64,000 nucleotides of DNA from Fibrobacteria bacterium (GTDB taxonomy: Bacteria; Fibrobacterota; Fibrobacteria; UBA11236). The position numbers were made by a program, and so were the translations under genes. The stretch covers positions 32,001-96,000 of the forward strand of contig JAYTSD010000001.1 in assembly GCA_043745805.1 (NCBI GenBank). Reading direction: 5' to 3'. The notes beneath the pieces were generated by a model, which was not told the origin of the DNA, did no database searches, and saw nothing but the letters and a program-made list of their open reading frames with translations. Positions 17,993 to 28,299 of the stretch are shown piece after piece. Each line of letters begins with the position of its first letter. Within the stretch, counting starts at the first letter, position 1.

Positions 17993-19504
17993 CTACCGTT
18001 GTAAGTTTTGTAAAATAGGTTGGATAGCTTGCTCTACAATATGACTAATCCATCCGGGATAAATGCCCATGGCCACAATGCAAAAAAGCAAAATAAGCAC
18101 TGGGATTTTTTCTACCCAAACCGCATCAGTAAATCCCTCGCTATGGCCGTGTGGTGGACCATTGAGAATGCCATTGATGCCGCGTAAAATATATACCGCC
18201 GTCACAATTATAGAGAGCACACAAAGCGCGGTGCAAATGCGATATAAAGGATGGGCATTGCCAAAGGCTCCCAAGAATAAAGTAAACTCGGCGGCAAAGC
18301 CTCCAAGACCTGGTAAACCAAGGCCTGCTAAACCAGTTATGATAAAAGCTACGCCAATAAAAGGAATGGTTTTCATTAAGCCACCCATTGCGGGAATTTG
18401 GCGTGTATGCGTGCGTTGATAAATCATGCCAATAAGACAAAAGAACAAAGAGGTGAGTAATCCATGGGCTACCATTTGCATTACCGCGCCTTGTAATGAA
18501 AGAGAAGTCAAGGCCGCAAAACCAAATAGCACTAGCCCACAATGCGATACCGAAGAAAAGGCATTTAAGTATTTTAAATCGGTTTGTTTCAGCGCGACAA
18601 AAGCGCCATATACCACATTTAAAGTAGCGAGAATTAAAAATACATCCATCCAAATATGTGCGCCTTCGGGCAATAAATACATAGCAATGCGTATACAACC
18701 GTAACCGCCGAGTTTCATGTGTACGCCCGCTAAAAACATTGATATAGCTGTGGGTGCAGAAGAATGACCATCCGGCGACCAAGTATGAAAAGGAAAGATT
18801 GCGCCAAGTATTCCAAATCCCAAAAACAAAGTAGGAAAGCCCCAATACTGAAAAGTGATATTGTATTTCACTTGGGCGAGCTCTAAAATATTCCAACTTT
18901 GCAATCCCGATTCATAATACAAACCAAATAATCCTGCAAAGATTAAAGCAGAAGCCGCGAGTAACATGAGATTTAATTTCATGGCCGCATATTCTTTGCG
19001 TCCGCTGCCAAATATTCCAATGAGTAAATAAGTGGGAATTAAAGTGATTTCATTGAAAAGGAAAAAGGTGAACAAATCGAAGGAAATAAAACTTCCAAAT
19101 ACGCCCGCAATTAAAATTTGCAAATAGATAAAAAATTCTTTACTTCTTTCCGTGATATTCCAACTCACCAAAACGCCGCAAAGCACAATGATACCTGCGA
19201 GTAGCATCATTAATAAAGATATACCATCAATGCCCACAAAGTATTGAATATGTAATGGCGGGAACCATTCCACTTTTTGGGAAAAATGCAAAGTAGTGAT
19301 TTTGCTAGTAGGATCAAAAGCTTCTGGGTTAGAGATGGCGATAAAGCGAATACTTAAATAAATAAGTAAACCCATGTTTAGTAAGGCAGAAATTAGGCTG
19401 ATACGGCGTGGCCATAAGGCTTTGCCAGGGGGTGTTAGAATTAGCAATAATGCCGTGAATAAGGGTAAAACCCAAGTGGCACTCAGTAAATAGGCTTCGC
19501 TCAA
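17993..19504 (-). CDS. nuoM: NADH-quinone oxidoreductase subunit M (start likely TTG at 19504)
   Basis: GIDGISL, PFHTWSPDGH, KLGGYG; TTGA overlap with the nuoL stop. Confidence 0.92.
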   Translation of the reverse strand: MSEAYLLSATWVLPLFTALLLILTPPGKALWPRRISLISALLNMGLLIYLSIRFIAISNPEAFDPTSKITTLHFSQKVEWFPPLHIQYFVGIDGISLLMMLLAGIIVLCGVLVSWNITERSKEFFIYLQILIAGVFGSFISFDLFTFFLFNEITLIPTYLLIGIFGSGRKEYAAMKLNLMLLAASALIFAGLFGLYYESGLQSWNILELAQVKYNITFQYWGFPTLFLGFGILGAIFPFHTWSPDGHSSAPTAISMFLAGVHMKLGGYGCIRIAMYLLPEGAHIWMDVFLILATLNVVYGAFVALKQTDLKYLNAFSSVSHCGLVLFGFAALTSLSLQGAVMQMVAHGLLTSLFFCLIGMIYQRTHTRQIPAMGGLMKTIPFIGVAFIITGLAGLGLPGLGGFAAEFTLFLGAFGNAHPLYRICTALCVLSIIVTAVYILRGINGILNGPPHGHSEGFTDAVWVEKIPVLILLFCIVAMGIYPGWISHIVEQAIQPILQNLQR

Positions 19505-21522
19505 AATGGCAAACCTCCAAAACGATATAAGCAATAAATTCCGATAATAGTCATTCCCAAATACAATTGCGTTCTTCCGGTTTGGCAAAAACGCATGATG
19601 GCACCGCCCAAGCGAAAGCTATGCGCGAAGAGATCTAAAACACCATCTACAATATGATCTTCTATCCAGTGTAAGGGTGCAGCCATGCGGCGAAATACCC
19701 AATCATGAGTGATATATAAATACAATTCATCGATATAAAATTTATTACGAATCCATCCATAAACGCCGCTTTTAGCTAATGCAGGAGGCGCAATACGTTG
19801 CGGGCGAGCATATTTAACGAAAGCGATGAGTATGCCTAATATACCTGCACAGGAAGCAACATAAGGTAACCAAGGTGTTTCGGGTAACTTTTCCATTACC
19901 GACATTGCAGGAGTAAAGTGCTCTGGAAAAAAATGATGGGCAAGTATTCCACTTAAAATACTGGGGATAGCCAACAGTATCATCGGTAAGCTCATAAATT
20001 TGTCTTCATGCATTTTATGCGCAGAATGATGTTCCGCTTCCTGGGCATGATGTTTCTTTTTATGTGAGGAGGCTGGGCCATGAAAGATTAAGAAAAAATA
20101 GCGAAACATATAAAAAGCGGTGAGGCCACCCGTAGTGAGTGCTAAAACAAATCCGGGATAATCTCCACTTTGCCAAGTGCTTAATAAAATGGCATCCTTG
20201 GAGAAAAATCCCGATAGCGGCCAAATGCCCGCAATGGCTAAACAGGCGATTAACGTGGTCCAATAAGTGATGGGCAAATCTTTGCGCAATCCGCCGAAGT
20301 CGCGTATGTCCTGGCTATGCACGGCATGAATGAGCATACCAGCCGAAAGGAAAAGTAAGCATTTGAAAAAAGCATGATTGAAAATATGAAATACCGCCGC
20401 GCTATAGCCTAAAGCATTTACTGTTTCCGGTAACTTTGCAGTTCCTAACGCGAATAGCATTAATCCTAATTGTGATAAAGTGGAAAAAGCTAGAATGCGT
20501 TTTAAATCAATTTGAGTGCAGGCTATGATGGCTGCGAATAATGCTGTAAATAAACCCAGTGCTTCGATAAAATGTAAGGTGATATCGGAAGCGGCAAAAA
20601 GCGGGAATAATCGCGCGGTCAAGAATACACCGGCTACCACCATGGTAGCAGAATGAATGATGGAGGATACGGGTGTAGGGCCTTCCATGGCATCCGGCAA
20701 CCAAACATGTAAAGGAAACATTGCACTTTTGCCCCAGCCTCCGGTAAAAATTAGCAGTGTGGTTAAGGTGAGAAGATTAATGCCACCGAGCCAAGTAATA
20801 GGATGATTCAAAGAATTTGCTGTTAATGGCCCATTCAAAATTTCAAAATTTAAACTATGTGCGGTATTGCCTATAATCAAAATGCCAAAAAGAAAAAAGG
20901 CATCGGCGAAGCGCGTGACAATAAATGCTTTTTTACTAGCAGCCACTGCTTCAGGTTTGGTATACCAAAATCCAATTAGTAAATAGGAGGCCGTTCCTAC
21001 TAATTCCCAAAACACAAAAGTTTGCAATAAATTTCCGGCAGTAACTAGACCCAACATGGTGAAACTAAAAAAAGGCAGCAAGGCAAAAAAACGTCCGGCA
21101 CTTTTATCTTCGCGCATATACCCGATGGAATAAAATAAAACCAAGGTGGAGATACAGCAAATCACTACGATCATCATTACCGAAAGTGCATCCCAATAAA
21201 ATGAAAAATGCGCACTCCAATCGATAGCCTGCGACCAATCACGCAATGGAAGCCAAGTGAAATCTCCACTAATTAAAGTTTTAAATGGATACAGTTGGGG
21301 CTTTTCTAGGACTTCCACAAAAAAAGTATGCGCTAAATAAATAGCCAATAAAGTGGCTATGCCCATTAAGCTCACCGAAAGCGTTGCAGCAGCTTTCCAA
21401 CTTTTCTTTCCTAATCCCAAACCATTAATTAAAAAGGCCAAGAGCGGCAAAAGCAAAATCAAATATGCATGTTGAAAAATCCACAACTTGTCCGCCATTA
21501 ACTCAGTCACAGGTTCAGCCAT
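19501..21522 (-). CDS. nuoL: NADH-quinone oxidoreductase subunit L
   Basis: GKSAMFPLHVWLPDAMEGPTPVS, HAFFKCLLF. Confidence 0.93.
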   Translation of the reverse strand: MAEPVTELMADKLWIFQHAYLILLLPLLAFLINGLGLGKKSWKAAATLSVSLMGIATLLAIYLAHTFFVEVLEKPQLYPFKTLISGDFTWLPLRDWSQAIDWSAHFSFYWDALSVMMIVVICCISTLVLFYSIGYMREDKSAGRFFALLPFFSFTMLGLVTAGNLLQTFVFWELVGTASYLLIGFWYTKPEAVAASKKAFIVTRFADAFFLFGILIIGNTAHSLNFEILNGPLTANSLNHPITWLGGINLLTLTTLLIFTGGWGKSAMFPLHVWLPDAMEGPTPVSSIIHSATMVVAGVFLTARLFPLFAASDITLHFIEALGLFTALFAAIIACTQIDLKRILAFSTLSQLGLMLFALGTAKLPETVNALGYSAAVFHIFNHAFFKCLLFLSAGMLIHAVHSQDIRDFGGLRKDLPITYWTTLIACLAIAGIWPLSGFFSKDAILLSTWQSGDYPGFVLALTTGGLTAFYMFRYFFLIFHGPASSHKKKHHAQEAEHHSAHKMHEDKFMSLPMILLAIPSILSGILAHHFFPEHFTPAMSVMEKLPETPWLPYVASCAGILGILIAFVKYARPQRIAPPALAKSGVYGWIRNKFYIDELYLYITHDWVFRRMAAPLHWIEDHIVDGVLDLFAHSFRLGGAIMRFCQTGRTQLYLGMTIIGIYCLYRFGGLPF

Positions 21523-21820
21523 GTAATTCATCCATGCTTTCAATATCCAAACGATGTTCTTGTTTATAAAGCGAAACTACAATACCTAAGGCCACAGCCA
21601 TTTCGCTGGAAGATACCGCAATGATAAAAGCTGAAAAAATTGATCCGGCAGCCGCATCACCCGCGTGAAAATGCGCAAAGGCAATGAAATTAATTAATGC
21701 AGCGTTGAGCAATAGTTCAATGGACATGAGCATGCCAATAATATGTCTTCTCGTGAAGAGACCATAAAGGCCCAAACAAAACAGTGCTGCCGATAAAATT
21801 AAGCAATGGCCTAAACTCAT
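21515..21820 (-). CDS. nuoK: NADH-quinone oxidoreductase subunit K
   Basis: SIELLLNA, SEMAVALG; 3 TMs. Confidence 0.92.
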   Translation of the reverse strand: MSLGHCLILSAALFCLGLYGLFTRRHIIGMLMSIELLLNAALINFIAFAHFHAGDAAAGSIFSAFIIAVSSSEMAVALGIVVSLYKQEHRLDIESMDELHG

Positions 21821-22347
21821 GGAGCATTTCCTTTTTGTGCTTTATCATTCACATTGCGTGCTAAAGTAATGGCACCGATGAGGGCTGCTAATAAAAGCAA
21901 AGAAATCCATTCGAATGGAACTAAGAATCCTTCAGAGCCAGCGGAAAGTAAGCGTATGCCTAAATCTTGTAAGGAAGTGGTCGTACCCTCTGTATTACTT
22001 TGATAGGACTTTGCAAAAGGCGCGATACGCGAATACAAAAAAGCGAAAAACCCCATGGCTAAAATGGACGCCCCTAAGGTTTTTAATTTTCCTGGGGATA
22101 TTGATTCTTCTCCTAGTTTATGCGTGAGTAAAACGGCATAGAGTATAAATATCACCACACCACCGATATAAACCAATACCTGCGCAATGGCGATGAACTC
22201 GGCTTTGAGCATGAGAAATAATCCTGCGGTGGTAAACAAGGTGGCCATTAAAGCTAATGCCGCATGCAATAAATTTTTTAAGGTTACGGTTAAAAAACCA
22301 GCACCTACAATGCATCCTGCTAACAAATAAAATAAAACGTCTTGCAT
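21817..22347 (-). CDS. nuoJ: NADH-quinone oxidoreductase subunit J
   Basis: AEFIAIAQVLVYIGGV, PFEWISLLLL. Confidence 0.92.
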   Translation of the reverse strand: MQDVLFYLLAGCIVGAGFLTVTLKNLLHAALALMATLFTTAGLFLMLKAEFIAIAQVLVYIGGVVIFILYAVLLTHKLGEESISPGKLKTLGASILAMGFFAFLYSRIAPFAKSYQSNTEGTTTSLQDLGIRLLSAGSEGFLVPFEWISLLLLAALIGAITLARNVNDKAQKGNAP

Positions 22348-22883
22348 TATCGACCGTCTTTTTTATTAAGAATTAAATCCAATTGCGATCTCTCATAAGC
22401 CGCCATTTCAAATTCAGGACCCATATGAATGGCATCGAAAGGGCAAGCTTCTATACATAAGTTGCATAGCGTACATTGCGATAAGCGATACACAAATTGC
22501 CCGAGCACTTTTTTGCTGGCAATATTTTTAGTCATATGAATGCTAATGGTTCCATTCGGGCAAGCTTTTTCACAAAGAGTACAGCCCGTACATTTATGCT
22601 CCCCTTCGGCATCGTGAGGCATAATCACTTGACCACGAAAGCGATCGGCCATTTTTAAAGTCAGGCGATTCTCGGGATATTCGCGCGTGACCACTTTTTT
22701 CGGGTTAAAGAGGTAACCGAAGGTTACCGCCATGCCTTGAAATAAAGAGGGAATCCCCGTAAAAATTCTTTTCCAGTAACCCTTTGAATTTGTAGGTAAC
22801 TCTTTAGTTGCGGTAGCTGATACTTGCTTATTCCCTTCGGCATAAGCAAAAGCTCCTAATGAAATTTTTGGCGTTTCATTCAT
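22347..22883 (-). CDS. nuoI: NADH-quinone oxidoreductase subunit I
   Basis: Two CxxCxxCxxxCP motifs, TREYPE..RFRG; ATGA overlap with the nuoH stop. Confidence 0.92.
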   Translation of the reverse strand: MNETPKISLGAFAYAEGNKQVSATATKELPTNSKGYWKRIFTGIPSLFQGMAVTFGYLFNPKKVVTREYPENRLTLKMADRFRGQVIMPHDAEGEHKCTGCTLCEKACPNGTISIHMTKNIASKKVLGQFVYRLSQCTLCNLCIEACPFDAIHMGPEFEMAAYERSQLDLILNKKDGR

Positions 22884-23974
22884 GGAAATATCCATCCCAA
22901 ACTAAGCAAACCCGCTCCGAATAATAAATTGACTAAGGTCGCAGGCAATAAAAATTTCCATTCTAAAGCCATGAGCTGATCCACACGCAACCGTGGGAAA
23001 GTCCAGCGAAACCACATATATAAAAAGATAATCGCATAACTTTTGACCATAAACCAAATAAAGCCGGGTATAAAATCCAATAAATGATCCAGCGGGGCAA
23101 AACCAAAATGCGGGGCTAAAAATCCACCTAAAAAGAGTGTAGCGCCTATGCCTGCGGAAATAAACATATTGATAAATTCGGCGAGGAAAAACATGGAAAA
23201 AGAAATACCTGCATATTCGGTATGAAAGCCTGCGGTTAATTCACTTTCAGCTTCCGACATATCGAAAGGTCCGCGATTAAGTTCCGCGGTAGAAGAAATA
23301 AGAAAAAATACAAAGGCTGCTAATCCAGCAACCGGGGCTTTGAAAATCCACCAATCCAGCACGGTTCCACTTTGTGAAAGAACAATTTGATGTAAAGAGG
23401 CTGTGCCACTCATGAGCACAATAAATAACATGCCTAATACTAAAGACACTTCATAAGAAATCATTTGTGCGCCTGCACGCATCGCGCCTAATAGCGAATA
23501 CTTATTATTAGAAGCCCAACCGCCGAGTAATATGCCAAATATACCCAAACCCGATACCGCACTGACATAAAGTAAACCATTATCCAAATCAATAACCTGC
23601 AAGTTACTGTCAAAAGGCAAAATGATCAGTACTAAAAAGGAAGCGGTCATAGGTAATAAAGGTGCTAGGTAATAAGTAAAGACATCGACACCCTTCGGTT
23701 TTAAACCTTCTTTGAGTAGTAGTTTAATGGCATCGGCTACCGCTTGCAATAATCCAAAAGGCCCGACGCGTGTGGGGCCAAGACGCGCTTGAAAATGTGC
23801 ACAAACTTTGCGTTCCAACCAAATCAAAGCAAAAGCACTTATCGTGACAAAAGTCACTAAACTAATAATAGCAATTAAGGCATTGGCAAAAAAATCCCAA
23901 GGCGCAGGTAATACGCTGCGTATCCAATCGCCAAGGGGATGATGAGTAGGGTAAACTAAAGGGGTGACGCTCAT
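22880..23974 (-). CDS. nuoH: NADH-quinone oxidoreductase subunit H
   Basis: ERKV..QARLGP, DAIKLLLKE, PFDMSEAESEL. Confidence 0.94.
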   Translation of the reverse strand: MSVTPLVYPTHHPLGDWIRSVLPAPWDFFANALIAIISLVTFVTISAFALIWLERKVCAHFQARLGPTRVGPFGLLQAVADAIKLLLKEGLKPKGVDVFTYYLAPLLPMTASFLVLIILPFDSNLQVIDLDNGLLYVSAVSGLGIFGILLGGWASNNKYSLLGAMRAGAQMISYEVSLVLGMLFIVLMSGTASLHQIVLSQSGTVLDWWIFKAPVAGLAAFVFFLISSTAELNRGPFDMSEAESELTAGFHTEYAGISFSMFFLAEFINMFISAGIGATLFLGGFLAPHFGFAPLDHLLDFIPGFIWFMVKSYAIIFLYMWFRWTFPRLRVDQLMALEWKFLLPATLVNLLFGAGLLSLGWIFP

Positions 23975-25116
23975 CGATCAATATCCGGTATGACCAAATC
24001 CAAAGTGGAAATGATAGTGACCAAGTCGGCAATTTTAAAACCTGCGGCCATTTCATTAATAGCACAGAGATTACTCATATTCGGCGAACGACTTTTAATG
24101 CGATAAGGTTTAAAGGTATTTTCCGAAACAATATAAGTGCCGAAAGATCCGCGTGCGGCTTCTACTTGCGCCCAGTATTGACCTTTAGGCAATTTATAAT
24201 TGGGTTTTTCTTTGGCGCGATAAGGCCCTTCGGGAAAAGTCTTCACTGCTTGTTCCAAAATCTTTACGCTCTCACGCATTTCATCAATACGTACTTGATA
24301 ACGATCAAAGCAATCGCCGGTTTTACCGAGCGGAACATTAAAATCAAAACGTGAATAAATAGAATAAGGATCATTTTTGCGTACATCATAATTCACGCCG
24401 GAAGCCCTAGCGACAGGGCCGGTGCAACCATAGTTAATCGCTTGTTCGCGTGTGAGTATGCCTATGCCTGCGGTACGTTCGCGCATAATCATATTATGCG
24501 AAAGCAAGGTGTCGTATTCCTCAATGGATTTTTTCATCCCTTCAATAATTTCTTTGACCTGTGGAATAAAGCCTTCGTGTACATCTTCACTGGAACCGCC
24601 AGGACGAAAATAATTCATGGTGAGACGTGCACCACAAAGCTCTTCAAAAAGCCGCGTGATTTTTTCGCGATCTTTAAAGCCATATAAAAAAGCCGTGACG
24701 GCACCGAGATCCATACCAAAAACACCCCACCATAATAAATGGCTTTGCAAGCGTTGTAATTCCGAAACCATCACGCGAATATATTCGCCACGTTCTGGTA
24801 CACCAATGCCCATGGCCTTTTCAATGGCTAAGCACACACATAAATTATTCATGTGACTACTGAGATAATCCATACGATCGGTCAAATGAATGTATTGCAC
24901 ATAAGTTTCATTTTCACCCATTTTTTCAATGGCGCGATGAATATATCCCAAATGAGGCACTACTTCTAAAACGGTTTCGCCATCGAGTCGTAAGACTAAA
25001 CGCAATACACCATGGGTACTCGGATGTTGCGGACCCATATTTAAAAAATATTCTTGAGTATTACCTTCTCCCGTTTCACGTGGAGCAAAGCCAGCTGGCT
25101 GCATTTTTAATTCCAT
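23971..25116 (-). CDS. nuoD: NADH-quinone oxidoreductase subunit D
   Basis: NMGPQHPSTHGVLRL, GYIHRAIEK, C-terminal DIDR; no NiFe CxxC motifs. Confidence 0.94.
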   Translation of the reverse strand: MELKMQPAGFAPRETGEGNTQEYFLNMGPQHPSTHGVLRLVLRLDGETVLEVVPHLGYIHRAIEKMGENETYVQYIHLTDRMDYLSSHMNNLCVCLAIEKAMGIGVPERGEYIRVMVSELQRLQSHLLWWGVFGMDLGAVTAFLYGFKDREKITRLFEELCGARLTMNYFRPGGSSEDVHEGFIPQVKEIIEGMKKSIEEYDTLLSHNMIMRERTAGIGILTREQAINYGCTGPVARASGVNYDVRKNDPYSIYSRFDFNVPLGKTGDCFDRYQVRIDEMRESVKILEQAVKTFPEGPYRAKEKPNYKLPKGQYWAQVEAARGSFGTYIVSENTFKPYRIKSRSPNMSNLCAINEMAAGFKIADLVTIISTLDLVIPDIDR

Positions 25117-25166
25117 TTAAATAGTCTCATTCATACAGCTAATTAATATGCCTACTCGTATCCTCA

Positions 25167-26390
25167 TTAATAGGGCCTCTTGACCACGCGCGTGACGTCT
25201 TCAAAATCTTTACGCAATGGATGGCCTACAAAATGATCTTCTAAAAATAGGCGACGTAAATCGGGGTGCCCTTTAAAACGAATGCCAAAAAAATCATAGA
25301 CTTCGCGTTCATGCCAATTAGCCGTTTTGTAAATAAAAGCTAAGGTGTCAATTTCCGGGTGCAAGTTATGCGGTAAGCTGCAACGCACAAAAATTTTGTG
25401 CCCATGATCAATGGATAATAAATGCACCACCACATCAAAATGATCTTTCCAATCTATGGCGGTGAGCTCAAACAAAAAATCCATGCGTAAAGCATTGTGG
25501 TTTTTTAAAAAATTAATAAAAGGAATATATTGTTCGGAAGCAACCTGCAAATCTAAAACTTTATCCGTATTAATTTCGGCTAATTTTCCATCGCTGACTT
25601 CGTCCATGCCATATACTTTAAGGTCGGGAAATTTTTCCTTCGCAAGATTATACATATCGGTTGGACTTAAGCCAATAGGTGGAGGTAACACCCTTGGTAC
25701 TTCTTCAAATTTGGGAGGAACAATGCGCTTGGCAATAAAGCCTTTAAATTCAGGATTTTCTAATTTGAATTTTTCCTGCGCTTCTTTTAAACCTTCTTGT
25801 TTAATTTTTTCGGCAGCGTCCCAAGCCTCGGCACTTTTACTGTGTAAGTCGCTAATCGGTTCATGATAGAGTGGGCGTGGTGTAAGTGGACGACGCAAGC
25901 TGCCGGTTTTAATCAAAGCTTGCAATTGCATAATGCCATATAATAAAGCTTCGGGACGTGGAGGACAGCCGGGAATATATACATCCACAGGAATTAATCG
26001 ATCCGCCCCTTTGACTACGGAATAACTATCATAATAAAAAGGACCGCCCGAAATGGTGCAAGCTCCCATGGCAATCACATATTTTGGTCCAGGCATTTGC
26101 TCGTATAAAGTGGTCAAACGCGATCCCATTTTTTCGACTATGGTTCCGGCGAGTACAATTAGATCGGCTTGCCTTGGAGTGGCGCGAGCTACTTCTAAAC
26201 CAAAGCGTGCCCAATCATTGTCGGAAGCGCCAGTGGCCATCATTTCAATGGCGCAGCAAGAAGTGCCGAATACCAATGGCCATAAGGAATTGGCGCGAGC
26301 CCAATTCACTACATAATCAACAGCATTGACCAATTTATCGCCGCCGGGCAAAGGGTCCAGTAGGCCAGGTAACTCCTCCATTACTCCCAT
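25167..26390 (-). CDS. nuoBC: Fused NuoB-NuoC
   Basis: N-terminal SCCAIEM...GAC...PGCPPRPE (NuoB); C-terminal [29 protein letters not shown] (NuoC). Confidence 0.9.
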   Translation of the reverse strand: MGVMEELPGLLDPLPGGDKLVNAVDYVVNWARANSLWPLVFGTSCCAIEMMATGASDNDWARFGLEVARATPRQADLIVLAGTIVEKMGSRLTTLYEQMPGPKYVIAMGACTISGGPFYYDSYSVVKGADRLIPVDVYIPGCPPRPEALLYGIMQLQALIKTGSLRRPLTPRPLYHEPISDLHSKSAEAWDAAEKIKQEGLKEAQEKFKLENPEFKGFIAKRIVPPKFEEVPRVLPPPIGLSPTDMYNLAKEKFPDLKVYGMDEVSDGKLAEINTDKVLDLQVASEQYIPFINFLKNHNALRMDFLFELTAIDWKDHFDVVVHLLSIDHGHKIFVRCSLPHNLHPEIDTLAFIYKTANWHEREVYDFFGIRFKGHPDLRRLFLEDHFVGHPLRKDFEDVTRVVKRPY

Positions 26391-26767
26391 TCAAGCACCT
26401 TTTTTCTCCAAGCGAATAGTAATCCAAAACTCAGTATAAAAATAAAAATTGCTAGCTCCACCCATATTTGGCCGAGGGATAGGGAAGGAATATGTCCAAG
26501 TTTAATTTCGCGAAAAAGTTTTACCGTGGGGAAGAGGAATAACGCTTCGACATCGAATACCATAAATAGTAATGCGAATAAATAATAGCCGACTTTAAAT
26601 TGAATACGTGCTGTGCCAAAAACCTTTTCTCCACTTTCATAAGCTTCGAATTTGTCTTTCGCATTCGGAAATTTTGGAGCTAAGATTGCCGAGGCAATGA
26701 GCGCTCCACCCACGAATAGTGGGCCGAGTATGGCGAAAATGGCTATAAGTGCATAATGTGTTTCCAA
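26381..26767 (-). CDS. nuoA: NADH-quinone oxidoreductase subunit A (start likely TTG at 26767)
   Basis: [28 protein letters not shown] lies inside the queD 3' end. Confidence 0.92.
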   Translation of the reverse strand: METHYALIAIFAILGPLFVGGALIASAILAPKFPNAKDKFEAYESGEKVFGTARIQFKVGYYLFALLFMVFDVEALFLFPTVKLFREIKLGHIPSLSLGQIWVELAIFIFILSFGLLFAWRKKVLEWE

Positions 26768-26768
26768 T

Positions 26769-27134
26769 TTACCCTCCCCTGTATTCGCTACGCGCGGTAC
26801 AAGTTTCATGCAAAATGATAGCACTCAATAAAGGCAATTGCGGCTTAAGTTTCCCCCAAATCCATTTACAGATGATTTCTGAGGTGGGATTATCCAAGCC
26901 GGGTACATCTTCATTGAGATAACGATGATCAAGCTGATCGCGAATGGGGCCAAAAGCTTTTTTCATTTCGGCAAAATCCATCACCCATCCGGTGTCAGGA
27001 TCTAGTGGGCCGGTAACCTGCACTTCACATTTAAAACTGTGTCCATGGAGTCGTCCGCATTTATGTCCCAAACTAACCTTGGGTAAAAAATGGGCGCTTT
27101 CGAAGGTGAATGATTTCACTAAAGTCATTTGCAT
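26769..27134 (-). CDS. queD: 6-carboxy-5,6,7,8-tetrahydropterin synthase
   Basis: [27 protein letters not shown]. Confidence 0.93.
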   Translation of the reverse strand: MQMTLVKSFTFESAHFLPKVSLGHKCGRLHGHSFKCEVQVTGPLDPDTGWVMDFAEMKKAFGPIRDQLDHRYLNEDVPGLDNPTSEIICKWIWGKLKPQLPLLSAIILHETCTARSEYRGG

Positions 27135-27234
27135 CGAATAAATTTAACAAAAGCTCCGAGAATACCATCCCAGAGTTTTGTATGATTTTTTTTAGCAAGT
27201 TTATCTTGGCTATTTATTGCGAGTAAACCGTGCT

Positions 27235-28038
27235 TTAGAGATGCCAAGCGAACATTAATCGTGTGTTCCAGCGTTCATATTCCTCTAAATCGAGGTTCAT
27301 ATCCTTTTTAGGTGAACCTATTTGTGGCAATATGGATAGGCTAACCCACCATTGTTCTCCTGCAAAGGACAAAGCAGGGCCAGCGAATAGGGCGGAATGT
27401 TCTAATTCACCGTCCACCATAATATTATGCTGACGACATTCGGCGCCTAAGCCAATTTTATTATGGATTAGGTAACTTAAGCCCAAATCGGTTTCTAATT
27501 CTACTTCATCTTCCCATTTAACTTTGAGTAGCTCATCGTGGGGTTGGAAATTTTGTTCGGCCACTAAATTGACGGCCACTAAAAAATTATCAAAAGTTTT
27601 ATCAGCAATTATTTTGCCTTCATAGGCCAATTCTTGCGGCCCTAAACCTAATTCGGCATATAGCGCTAATCCCATTATATCCGCTGAAGGATCAAGGAGC
27701 TTGAGCTTCCATTCGGAAGAAATACTAGGAGGATCGTTTTCAGTAATAATTTTGCCAGTTTCCCAATGGGTATTGCCGCCAAAATTAAGGTATAAAGATG
27801 TTTGCAAATAAGGGATTAAGCCCATTTCAAATTCTAGTCTTTGATTCATTCCCGAAAAATAATCTTCTTTGCCCGTTTTCCAGGTATTGGACGTTTCAAT
27901 TTCTTTTTGACCTGGTGCTAAAACTGCGCTTTCATAGGTATAGGTGAAGTGGCGAGTATTTGCTGAAGCTAATAAGGGTAAGCTTAAGAGGGCAGCGGAA
28001 AAGAGAGGATATTTTTTTGTATAAAACGATAATAGCAT
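27235..28038 (-). CDS. Outer-membrane beta-barrel protein (DUF6662-like)
   Basis: Signal peptide, FTYTYE..L..G..E.E motif, amphipathic strands. Confidence 0.65.
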   Translation of the reverse strand: MLLSFYTKKYPLFSAALLSLPLLASANTRHFTYTYESAVLAPGQKEIETSNTWKTGKEDYFSGMNQRLEFEMGLIPYLQTSLYLNFGGNTHWETGKIITENDPPSISSEWKLKLLDPSADIMGLALYAELGLGPQELAYEGKIIADKTFDNFLVAVNLVAEQNFQPHDELLKVKWEDEVELETDLGLSYLIHNKIGLGAECRQHNIMVDGELEHSALFAGPALSFAGEQWWVSLSILPQIGSPKKDMNLDLEEYERWNTRLMFAWHL

Positions 28039-28055
28039 AGATTCTCCTGATAATT

Positions 28056-28111
28056 TGAGATTTAGTCTCAGTCTTAGATTATAGTTTAGGAAAGTAATGG
28101 GGGCATGTCAA
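28056..28111 (-). promoter_or_regulatory. Sigma70 promoter plus Fur-family-like operator
   Basis: TTGACA-N17-TAAACT (28111-28083) on the minus strand, then a 7-1-7 palindrome TGAGATT-T-AGTCTCA (28056-28070). Confidence 0.6.
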
Positions 28112-28299
28112 TGATTTAGAATTATCAAAAAGACTAGTGGCTTAGTGATGATATCAAAATGATAGGGTTTAAATCAGATAATCGATGATTTAATGGGCTG
28201 GGTATACTAAGTTTTGTGCGGTTTCCATTTTTAAAAGTAATGACTTGCATTCTTTTTTTGAATAGTAATATCATTACCCTCTAACCGAAGGGAAGCGGT

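Noticed and set aside
18063-18896. Long overlapping ORFs within nuoM
   Set aside because: Alternative-frame and antisense shadows with no motif support.
23971-26390. Group 4 NiFe hydrogenase
   Set aside because: The large subunit lacks both CxxC Ni-binding motifs and has NuoD quinone-site motifs.
27135-27234. preQ1 riboswitch upstream of queD
   Set aside because: A hairpin and A-tract are present, but I could not match the conserved preQ1 loop and tail; needs cmscan.
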